Shown: one piece after another, positions 9,098 through 14,967 of the stretch
How the letters are laid out: each line of letters starts with the position of its first letter
How positions within the stretch are numbered: position 1 is the stretch's first letter
Source: an uncultured Eubacteriales bacterium
Lineage (GTDB): Bacteria > Bacillota > Clostridia > TANB77 > RGIG9151
Direction: 5' to 3'
DNA length: 15,381 nucleotides
Assembly: GCA_964475435.1 (NCBI GenBank)
Contig: CAYYWT010000025.1
Location: forward strand, 1-15,381
Position numbers and translations under genes: made by a program
Notes under the pieces: generated by a model
Database searches by the model: none
Told to the model about the DNA's origin: nothing
Seen by the model: only the letters and a program-made list of their open reading frames with translations

Positions 9098-9162
9098 TTT
9101 AAATACCTCCATAAAATTCATTTTTTATAATAAACTACTAACACGCTTGAAATTTCTTAATA

Positions 9163-9666
9163 TTAAGCGTTAGCTTCTTGCTTTTCAGCAATAGCCTTAA
9201 TAACATAAGCAAGTGATGTAATAGGAGCATTGAATCCTCCAAGTACTTTTGCAATAAGAGTTTCTTTTGAAGGAATTTTAGAAATTTCTTCAATACCCTT
9301 TGCATCATATACACTTCCTTCTACCCAACCAGCCTTAAAGCTGAAAGCTTCAACATTTTCAACAGTCTTAGCCATAATTCTGGCAGGAGCTGTACAATCG
9401 TCGTGGCTTATAGCAATAGCTGTAGGTCCTTCTAAATATTCAGTTAATCCTTCATATTCAGTTCCTTTAATAGCTAACTTGATTAAAGTATTCTTAGCAA
9501 CTTTATACTCAACGTTTTCTTTTCTAAGTTCGTTTCTTAATGATGTAATGTCTTCAACAGTAATACCTCTGTAATCAACAACTACAACACCCTTTGCACC
9601 ATTAATCTTTTCAGCAAGTTCTTTAACTTCTCCGCTTTTCTTTTCTAATGCAATTTTGCCTGGCAT
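9163..9666 (-). CDS. rplJ: 50S ribosomal protein L10
   Basis: Family-typical sequence. The ATG at 9666 (MPGKIAL...) is preceded by AAAGGTGG. The track start at 9687 is a TTG inside the SD region. Confidence 0.96.
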   Translation of the reverse strand: MPGKIALEKKSGEVKELAEKINGAKGVVVVDYRGITVEDITSLRNELRKENVEYKVAKNTLIKLAIKGTEYEGLTEYLEGPTAIAISHDDCTAPARIMAKTVENVEAFSFKAGWVEGSVYDAKGIEEISKIPSKETLIAKVLGGFNAPITSLAYVIKAIAEKQEANA

Positions 9667-9827
9667 AAAATTTGCACCACCTTTCAATTAAATTGTATAA
9701 TCTCACCTAAACGTTAAAAGACTTTCTAAGCTAAAAGGCGCCATAGAAAGTCTTAAAGAATCTATTTTATCGCCTCCGTAGGATTATTAAGCTTTTCGCC
9801 CCTACCATCTTAGGTAAAATTTTCTAA
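9667..9827 (-). promoter_or_regulatory. L10 (rplJL) ribosomal-protein leader with attenuator hairpin
   Basis: 161-nt rplA-rplJ spacer. The mRNA reads CCUAAGAUGGUAGGGGCGAAAAGCUUAAUAAUCCUACGGAGGCG (rRNA-stalk-mimic-like helices, ~9757-9812). This is followed by an 11-bp hairpin, AAGACUUUCUA/UAGAAAGUCUU (9744-9754/9718-9728), and UUUUAACGUUU. Confidence 0.65.
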
Positions 9828-10523
9828 TTATTCAGCAACTTTAGAAGTGCTTACTCTAACACCCGGTCCCATTGTGGAAGAAACACTAACACTCTTTAAG
9901 TATTGACCTTTAGCTGAAGCAGGTTTTGCTTTAACGATAGCTCCCATAAGAGTCTTAAAGTTTTCAACAAGCTTTTCTTCACCAAAAGATGCTTTTCCGA
10001 TTGGGCAGTGAATAATATTAGTTTTGTCTAATCTGTATTCAATCTTACCGGCTTTAATATCAGCAATAGCCTTAGCTACATCCATAGAAACTGTTCCGGA
10101 TTTAGGGTTAGGCATTAAACCTTTAGGTCCTAACACTTTACCTAATCTACCAACAACACCCATCATATCAGGAGTTGCAACGATTACGTCAAAATCAAAC
10201 CAGTTTTCACCTTGAATTTTAGCAACTAGCTCTTCGCCACCTACATAATCTGCACCGGCAGCTTCTGCTTCCTTTACTTTATCTCCCTTAGCAAATACTA
10301 AAACACGAACTTTTTTACCAGTTCCGTGAGGAAGAACTACAACACCTCTAACTTGTTGGTCAGCGTGTCTTGAATCAACACCAAGTTTAATATGAGCTTC
10401 AATGCTTTCATCAAACTTAGCCTTAGCTGTTTTAACAACTAATGAAAATGCTTCTTCTGTATCATATAACTTGTTAGAATCGATAAGCTTAGCACTTTCA
10501 ACATACTTCTTACCATGTTTCAT
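9828..10523 (-). CDS. rplA: 50S ribosomal protein L1
   Basis: MKHGKKY... is a typical L1 N-terminus. The ATG at 10523 lies 10 nt after AAGGAGG. The track start at 10529 is a TTG only 4 nt from the SD. Confidence 0.96.
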   Translation of the reverse strand: MKHGKKYVESAKLIDSNKLYDTEEAFSLVVKTAKAKFDESIEAHIKLGVDSRHADQQVRGVVVLPHGTGKKVRVLVFAKGDKVKEAEAAGADYVGGEELVAKIQGENWFDFDVIVATPDMMGVVGRLGKVLGPKGLMPNPKSGTVSMDVAKAIADIKAGKIEYRLDKTNIIHCPIGKASFGEEKLVENFKTLMGAIVKAKPASAKGQYLKSVSVSSTMGPGVRVSTSKVAE

Positions 10524-10539
10524 TTTCAATTTACCTCCT

Positions 10540-10582
10540 TTGGTACAAACGGCATACTAACTAACGCTTTCAGCCTCCCGAA
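10540..10582 (-). promoter_or_regulatory. Possible L1-binding rRNA mimic in the rplK-rplA spacer
   Basis: The mRNA reads UCGGGAGGCUGAAAGCGUUAGUUAGUAUGCCGUUUGUACC just upstream of the rplA SD. GGGAGGC (10573-10579) matches, from memory, the 23S L1-stalk sequence. Low confidence. Confidence 0.3.
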
Positions 10583-10629
10583 TTTAATTTGTGTTACTGA
10601 CAAAATAATTTAACAAAAAGTTTTAACTA

Positions 10630-11061
10630 TTAGTCAGCAACAACAATACCCATACTTCTAGCTGTTCCACGAACCATGCTCATAGCTGATTCAATAGAAG
10701 CTGCATTTAAATCTTGCATTTTTAATTCTGCAATCTTTCTTACAGTTTCGTTAGAAATTGTAGCAACCTTATCACGGTTAGGCTTTGCAGACGCAGTAGC
10801 AAGTCCTGCTTCTTTCTTTAATAAAACTGCTGTTGGCGGTGTTTTTGTAATAAATGTGAATGATTTATCAGCATAAATTGTGATAACTGCCGGAATAATC
10901 ATACCAGGTTGGCTCGCAGTTTTATCATTGAATTCTTTACAGAATTGCATAATGTTAATACCGTAAGGTCCAAGTGCAGGTCCGATTGGTGGCGCTGGAT
11001 TAGCTTTACCAGCTTCACATTGTACTTTTACACTACCAATTACTTTTTTAGGTGCTGCCAT
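10630..11061 (-). CDS. rplK: 50S ribosomal protein L11
   Basis: MAAPKKV...[10 protein letters not shown]...GINIM.FCKEFN are canonical L11 blocks. Confidence 0.97.
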   Translation of the reverse strand: MAAPKKVIGSVKVQCEAGKANPAPPIGPALGPYGINIMQFCKEFNDKTASQPGMIIPAVITIYADKSFTFITKTPPTAVLLKKEAGLATASAKPNRDKVATISNETVRKIAELKMQDLNAASIESAMSMVRGTARSMGIVVAD

Positions 11062-11078
11062 TATTAGTCACTCCCCTC

Positions 11079-11612
11079 TTAGATTTTTTGTATTTGTGTA
11101 AATTCAAGTTCAGCAGGAGTTTCCCTTCCAAACATTGACACTAATACTCTAACTTTGCGTTTTTCCATGTTAATTTCTTCAATTACTCCTATAAAATCTT
11201 TTAGCGGTCCAGACATAACTTTAACGTTATCTCCGACTTCAAAGTCTACTATGATATCTAATTCTTCAATACCCATATTCATAATTTCTTCGTCAGTTAA
11301 TGGCTCAGGCTTAGCTCCAGGTCCAACAAAACCTGTAACACCTCTTACATTCCTAACGACATACCAAGTATCATCATTCATATACATTTTTACTAAAACA
11401 TAACTTGGGAAAACTTTTCTCAAAGAGGTCTTTCTCTTACCGTCCTTAATTTCAATTTGTTCTTCCATCGGAACAATAACTTCGACGATTTGATCTTGAA
11501 GTCCTCTATTTTCGATTATCTTGTCCAAATTAGTTTTAACTTTATTTTCATATCCTGAATATGTATGTACAACATACCATCTTAAAGATTCGGAATACTC
11601 TTCGTGAGGCAA
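11079..11612 (-). CDS. nusG: Transcription termination/antitermination factor NusG
   Basis: WYVVHTYSGYENKV NGN block and a KOW C-terminus (MFGRETPAELEFTQI). The likely start is TTG 11612, 8 nt after GGAGG (11621-11625). The track GTG at 11621 overlaps the SD. Confidence 0.94.
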   Translation of the reverse strand: MPHEEYSESLRWYVVHTYSGYENKVKTNLDKIIENRGLQDQIVEVIVPMEEQIEIKDGKRKTSLRKVFPSYVLVKMYMNDDTWYVVRNVRGVTGFVGPGAKPEPLTDEEIMNMGIEELDIIVDFEVGDNVKVMSGPLKDFIGVIEEINMEKRKVRVLVSMFGRETPAELEFTQIQKI

Positions 11613-11641
11613 TAATGCCACCTCCTCTTAAAAATGTCAGA

Positions 11642-11824
11642 TTAGAATCTGGAAGTAATAAACTCAACTGCATATAGGCTAGCCGCATCCGCTAAGAATA
11701 CAAACGCACCTAAAATAGCTGAAATAACTATAACAGCAGCTGTACCTAAGGCAATATCTTTACCTGTTGGCCAAATTACTTTTTTCAACTCTGACTTTGT
11801 TTCTTTTAAAATTCCTTTTCCCAT
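11642..11824 (-). CDS. secE: Preprotein translocase subunit SecE
   Basis: 60 aa with a KV.WP motif followed by a single TM helix. It sits in the canonical rpmG-secE-nusG position. Confidence 0.9.
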   Translation of the reverse strand: MGKGILKETKSELKKVIWPTGKDIALGTAAVIVISAILGAFVFLADAASLYAVEFITSRF

Positions 11825-11836
11825 ACTTTCACATCC

Positions 11837-11986
11837 TTACTTAGTTTCTTTATGTTCTGTATGCTTTTTGCAGAATTTACAATACTTTTTCATTTCAACT
11901 CTGTCCGGATCATTTTTCTTGTTTTTCATAGAATCGTAATTTCTTCTTTGGCATTCACTACAAGCTAGTGTTATCTTTTCTCTCAT
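11837..11986 (-). CDS. rpmG: 50S ribosomal protein L33 (Zn-ribbon, C+ form); not in the ORF track
   Basis: Hand translation gives [49 protein letters not shown] (49 aa). The ATG at 11984-11986 is preceded by GGAGGTG, and the TAA stop is at 11837-11839. CSEC/CKFC pairs are present. Confidence 0.93.
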   Translation of the reverse strand: MREKITLACSECQRRNYDSMKNKKNDPDRVEMKKYCKFCKKHTEHKETK

Positions 11987-12037
11987 TTTTTACACCTCCA
12001 CTTTACATTTCCACGCAAAAATATTTTTTACTCACAC

Positions 12038-12062
12038 AAAAAAAGCTTTCCGTGTGGAACGC
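12038..12062 (-). promoter_or_regulatory. 5'-proximal hairpin plus U7 tract in the rpmG-secE-nusG leader
   Basis: The mRNA reads GCGUUCC-ACAC-GGAAAGC (12056-12062/12045-12051, one G-A mismatch) followed by UUUUUUU (12038-12044). It starts at about the predicted +1. UUCCAC can alternatively pair with GUGGAA (12009-14) next to the SD. Confidence 0.3.
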
Positions 12063-12069
12063 ACTTATA

Positions 12070-12098
12070 AATTTATCACATAATACGTTCACAGTCAA
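12070..12098 (-). promoter_or_regulatory. Sigma-A-type promoter for rpmG-secE-nusG-rplKA
   Basis: TTGACT (12093-12098), a 17-nt spacer, then extended -10 TGaTAAATT (hexamer 12070-12075). Confidence 0.55.
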
Positions 12099-12125
12099 GC
12101 TTTTTTGTAAAATTTCTCAATATTT

Positions 12126-12311
12126 TTAAGCATTTTCTTCTACTTTAACAACTTCTTTTCCATTATAGTATCCGCAGTTTCTACAAACTCTGTGAGATTC
12201 AACTGCTTCGTGGCAATGAGGACATTCAGAAACGTTCTTAGCTTCTAATTTCCAAGTAGATCTTCTTAAATGAGTTCTTTCTTTTGACCATCTTCTTTTT
12301 GGTTGAGCCAA
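12126..12311 (-). CDS. rpmF: 50S ribosomal protein L32 (Zn-ribbon, C+ form)
   Basis: AQPKRRWSKERT is an L32 N-terminal signature, with CPHC...CRNC pairs. The likely start is TTG 12311, 8 nt after AGGAGG. The track GTG at 12320 abuts the SD. Confidence 0.92.
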   Translation of the reverse strand: MAQPKRRWSKERTHLRRSTWKLEAKNVSECPHCHEAVESHRVCRNCGYYNGKEVVKVEENA

Positions 12312-12348
12312 CTTAAACACCTCCTAATAAGCATTACATTTCTCTTCA

Positions 12349-12534
12349 CTACGCACGTTCAACTTTGTTTGAACGAAGACATTTTGTGCAAACATTAACT
12401 GTCTTTACAGTACCATCTACATTTGCACGAACACTTTTTACGTTAGCTTTCCATGCTCTATTAGATTTTCTGTTTGAGTGACTTACTTGTAGACCGAATT
12501 TAACTGCTTTATCACATATTTCGCATTTTGCCAT
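12349..12534 (-). CDS. rpmB: 50S ribosomal protein L28 (Zn-ribbon, C+ form)
   Basis: MAKCEICDK...SHSN.K..R.W..N is an L28 signature, with CEIC...CTKC pairs. SD AAGGGGGTG lies upstream. Confidence 0.95.
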   Translation of the reverse strand: MAKCEICDKAVKFGLQVSHSNRKSNRAWKANVKSVRANVDGTVKTVNVCTKCLRSNKVERA

Positions 12535-12652
12535 TATCCCTGCACCCCCTTAAATATACTGATGTATATTTTTGAAACGTATTTTACTAACATAAGTTCT
12601 TTAATCAGAACAACTTAATTTCAAAACTCGTTTCTTGTAATGAAATTATGTT

Positions 12653-12729
12653 TGGCGCGCCCAAGAGGAGTTGAACCCCTAGCCTTTTGATCCGTAGTCA
12701 AACGCTCTATCCAATTGAGCTATGAGCGC
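12653..12729 (-). tRNA. tRNA-Arg (anticodon ACG), CCA encoded
   Basis: The reverse complement GCGCTCATAGCTCAATTGGATAGAGCGTTTGACTACGGATCAAAAGGCTAGGGGTTCAACTCCTCTTGGGCGCGCCA folds as a cloverleaf. It has a 7-bp acceptor, anticodon loop CUACGGA and a GGTTCAACT T-loop. Confidence 0.95.
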
Positions 12730-12738
12730 ATATGCTAT

Positions 12739-12767
12739 ATTATAGCGTGTAAAATAAAAAAATGCAA
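12739..12767 (-). promoter_or_regulatory. Strong sigma-A-type promoter for tRNA-Arg(ACG), probably reading into rpmB-rpmF
   Basis: TTGCAT (12762-12767), a 17-nt spacer, then TATAAT (12739-12744), 9 nt before the mature tRNA 5' end. No terminator is visible between the tRNA and rpmB. Confidence 0.65.
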
Positions 12768-12836
12768 GTACTTAAGGAAAAATATTTAAAAATATATTGC
12801 CGATTTACTATGTACTACACATTCATAATTCTTATT

Positions 12837-12870
12837 AAAAGGCACTTCCGGTTCTATCGAAGTACCTTTT
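12837..12870 (-). terminator. Intrinsic terminator after sigH
   Basis: The mRNA reads AAAAGGUACUUC-GAUAGAACCG-GAAGUGCCUUUU: an ~11-bp stem (one G-U pair) followed by a U tract, 6 nt after the sigH stop. Confidence 0.75.
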
Positions 12871-12875
12871 AATAA

Positions 12876-13523
12876 TTATATTTTTTCATACTTACTCTCA
12901 GCCAAAAATTTTTCTATTTTCTTTTTCACCCTTTGTAACGCATTGTCAATCGACTTCACTTCTTTATTTAAAACAACCGCAATTTGTTGGTATGATCTAC
13001 CTTGAAGATAAAAATGTAATACTTCAAGCTCTAGCGGGCTTAAAATCTCGTTAATTTTACATTCAATTCTATTCAGTTCCTCTTTACTAATAAAGAGCAT
13101 TTCAGGATCCGAAGTCGTATCGTGGTTAATCGTTTCCATTAAAGTTCTTTCTCCATCGTCCTCAAATACAGGTTTATTTAACGAAACATACGAATTAAGA
13201 GGCATATGTTTTTGGCGAGTAGCTGTCTTTATCGCAGTTATTATTTGACGCGTAACACATATCTCAGCAAAAGATTTAAACGATACTAACTTATCATCCT
13301 TAAAATCTCTAATCGCCTTAAAAAGACCTATCATTCCCTCTTGAACTATATCTTCTCTATCCGCACCTACCAAAAAATAAGTTTTAGCTTTAGCTCTGAC
13401 AAAATTTTTATATTTATTTATAAGTTGGTCCAAAGCAACTCCGTCTCCGCCTTTTATCTTAAGAAGCAATTGTTCATCCGCAAGTTGGTTATTTTGTAAA
13501 TTATCAATATTAGATTGAGACAT
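12876..13523 (-). CDS. sigH: RNA polymerase sigma factor SigH (Spo0H-type)
   Basis: 215 aa with REDIVQEGMIGLFKAIRDF (region 2) and a region 4 HTH (SYQQIAVVLNKEVKSIDNALQRVKKK). It sits in the conserved position upstream of rpmG-secE-nusG. Confidence 0.9.
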   Translation of the reverse strand: MSQSNIDNLQNNQLADEQLLLKIKGGDGVALDQLINKYKNFVRAKAKTYFLVGADREDIVQEGMIGLFKAIRDFKDDKLVSFKSFAEICVTRQIITAIKTATRQKHMPLNSYVSLNKPVFEDDGERTLMETINHDTTSDPEMLFISKEELNRIECKINEILSPLELEVLHFYLQGRSYQQIAVVLNKEVKSIDNALQRVKKKIEKFLAESKYEKI

Positions 13524-13562
13524 CTTTTGGCACCTCTCTTCGTTGTTAAATCTCTCATTTTC

Positions 13563-13591
13563 ATTTTAACAACTCAAAAGGGCATTGTCAA
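13563..13591 (-). promoter_or_regulatory. Sigma-A-type promoter for sigH
   Basis: TTGACA (13586-13591), a 17-nt spacer, then extended -10 TGtTAAAAT (hexamer 13563-13568). The -35 lies inside the 3' arm of the upstream terminator hairpin. Confidence 0.6.
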
Positions 13592-13629
13592 GCGAAAAAT
13601 TCTTCTTTTTCGTCCAACATTGCCCTTTT
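13576..13629 (-). terminator. Long imperfect hairpin/terminator after the 38-codon ORF
   Basis: The mRNA AAAAGGGCAAUGUUGGACGAAAAAG...AAUUUUUCGCUUGACAAUGCCCUUUU has end-paired GGGCA/UGCCC and CGAAAAA/UUUUUCG segments, followed by UUUUGAGUU. Confidence 0.5.
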
Positions 13630-13634
13630 AGACA

Positions 13635-13751
13635 TCAGTTCCAAAACATAGACGTTGAAAATCCGGCAATACCTACTCCGGTAGCAATAAACGCCAGTAT
13701 AATTATCAACGCAATTATTCTAAGCATAGTTTTCTTTTGACTTTCCTTCAT
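13635..13751 (-). CDS. Candidate 38-aa single-TM membrane peptide (not in the ORF track)
   Basis: Hand translation gives MKESQKKTMLRIIALIIILAFIATGVGIAGFSTSMFWN*. The ATG at 13749-13751 lies 6-7 nt after AAGGGTGATG. It has a basic N-terminus and a ~22-residue hydrophobic helix, and the terminator follows immediately. Confidence 0.4.
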   Translation of the reverse strand: MKESQKKTMLRIIALIIILAFIATGVGIAGFSTSMFWN

Positions 13752-13802
13752 ATGTCATCACCCTTTTTCTTTAGTTATATATTGATTGTAACATTTTTAT
13801 TA

Positions 13803-14639
13803 TCATTTGTCCAACATATGTACATCAACGTGATTATATCCCATCTTTATACCATTTCTATCAAAAGATGTTTTAACATTCTCAATAACAGACCAATTAA
13901 CATCCCAATATTCAGAATTTTTTACCCATATAGCTACCATATACTCAATAGAACTCTCAAGATACCCGGAAACATTTACAAACGGAGCAGGATCAAGCAA
14001 AATTCTCTTATCCTCATTTATCACTTCCATAAGAGCAGACTTTACATTTTTCACATCAGCATCGTATGATGCTCTAAACTTCAAAACAAGTTTTCTATTC
14101 GGTTCACTGCTATAATTAATAATCGTACTGTTAGATATTGTACCATTAGGAACAAAAATGTCCTTTTTATCGGAAGTACATAATTTTGTATAAAATAACC
14201 CTATATCCTTAACCGTACCGCTAACCCCTTCGGACTCGATAAAATCTCCAAGTTTAAACGGCTTTGTCGCTAAAATAGTTATCCCACCGGCAAGATTAGA
14301 TAACGAACCTTGAACAGCTAAAGACAACGCTAAACCTACAACGCTTAGCACAGCAACTAAAGATGTAATAGGTATTCCTAAAATCCCAAGCACAATAATT
14401 AGCGTAATTGCATACAATAAAATTTTAATCGTAGAAATTATAAATGTATGTAAAGTTTTTTCAATTTCAATTCTTTTAATTCCTTTACTTACAATTCTCA
14501 TAACTATTTTTATCGCAATTAACGCTATTAAAAAGAAAATTAATGCAGGCATAACATTAGAAATCGTAGTAAGCCCTAATTGAGTTAAAATCGATTCTTT
14601 TACTTCTAAAAACGTTTGAACAACTTCTTCCATATACAT
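13803..14639 (-). CDS. mscS: Small-conductance mechanosensitive channel (MscS family)
   Basis: 278 aa with three N-terminal TM helices, then the MscS beta-domain pattern (GD.I...G..G.V..I....T.L...D.....VPN). SD GAGGGGG lies upstream. Confidence 0.9.
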   Translation of the reverse strand: MYMEEVVQTFLEVKESILTQLGLTTISNVMPALIFFLIALIAIKIVMRIVSKGIKRIEIEKTLHTFIISTIKILLYAITLIIVLGILGIPITSLVAVLSVVGLALSLAVQGSLSNLAGGITILATKPFKLGDFIESEGVSGTVKDIGLFYTKLCTSDKKDIFVPNGTISNSTIINYSSEPNRKLVLKFRASYDADVKNVKSALMEVINEDKRILLDPAPFVNVSGYLESSIEYMVAIWVKNSEYWDVNWSVIENVKTSFDRNGIKMGYNHVDVHMLDK

Positions 14640-14653
14640 TCCCCCTCGTAAAT

Positions 14654-14681
14654 ATTATACTAAATATCAACACTTTTTCAA
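14654..14681 (-). promoter_or_regulatory. Sigma-A-type promoter for mscS
   Basis: TTGAAA (14676-14681), a 16-nt spacer, then TATAAT (14654-14659). Confidence 0.5.
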
Positions 14682-14691
14682 GTTTAAGCAA

Positions 14692-14718
14692 GAAAAAGAG
14701 CCATATCTCTATGACTCT
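14692..14718 (-). terminator. Intrinsic terminator after tRNA-Arg(UCU)
   Basis: The RNA AGAGUCAUA-GAGA-UAUGGCUCU (9 bp incl. one U-G pair, 14710-14718/14697-14705) is followed by UUUUCUU. Confidence 0.6.
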
Positions 14719-14727
14719 TTCTCTTTA

Positions 14728-14804
14728 TGGTGTGTCTGAGACGATTCGAACGTCCGGCCGACGGCTTAGAAGGCCGTTGCTCTATCCTGCTGAGCTACAG
14801 ACAC
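14728..14804 (-). tRNA. tRNA-Arg (anticodon UCU), CCA encoded
   Basis: The reverse complement GTGTCTGTAGCTCAGCAGGATAGAGCAACGGCCTTCTAAGCCGTCGGCCGGACGTTCGAATCGTCTCAGACACACCA forms a cloverleaf with anticodon loop CUUCUAA and a TTCGAAT T-loop. Confidence 0.95.
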
Positions 14805-14826
14805 ATTTATAACTCACAACAGAATT

Positions 14827-14855
14827 ATTATACAACATAAAAATATAAAAATCAA
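14827..14855 (-). promoter_or_regulatory. Sigma-A-type promoter for tRNA-Arg(UCU)
   Basis: TTGATT (14850-14855), a 17-nt spacer, then TATAAT (14827-14832). Confidence 0.6.
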
Positions 14856-14899
14856 GTGTTTTTTTAAATATTCTAATTTTTTATTAATTCGTTTTTTAA

Positions 14900-14953
14900 A
14901 AACATTGTACTTTGCCAAGAATTTTTTATTAATCAAGCGAAAGTACAATGTTT
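14900..14953 (-). terminator. Long-stem hairpin/terminator after the LRR gene, homologous to the closing helix of the 84-255 element
   Basis: 14900-14913 pairs with 14940-14953 (14 bp: AAACATTGTACTTT/AAAGTACAATGTTT), plus G14914-C14938 and C14915-G14937, with a 21-nt AT-rich loop. On the minus strand it runs into UUUUUAAAAAA. Confidence 0.6.
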
Positions 14954-14967
14954 CTAAAATTCATTAT

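Noticed and set aside
11837-12652. Zur box/zinc regulation of the clustered L28-L32-L33 genes.
   Set aside because: All three are C+ (Cys-containing) forms, not Zur-regulated C- paralogues. No TCGTAAT-N-ATTACGA-like palindrome is present in the promoters or leaders, only an isolated TCGTAAT half-site inside rpmG.
12762-12872. 36-codon + strand ORF in the sigH-tRNA spacer.
   Set aside because: It has no SD. It overlaps the tRNA promoter and the sigH terminator on the opposite strand. Its translation is hydrophobic/aromatic AT-rich noise.
1258-14069. Nine track ORFs antisense to confidently identified genes: 1258-1503+, 3392-3703+, 8479-8679-, 8859-9173+, 9230-9574+, 10024-10215+, 10676-10876+, 11155-11403+ and 13737-14069+.
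   Set aside because: Each lies entirely or largely within, and opposite to, a conserved gene (cysS, MBL nuclease, hppA, rplL, rplJ, rplA, rplK, nusG, mscS). They have low-complexity, Ser/Ile/Phe-rich translations and no SD. They are shadow ORFs typical of AT-rich genomes.
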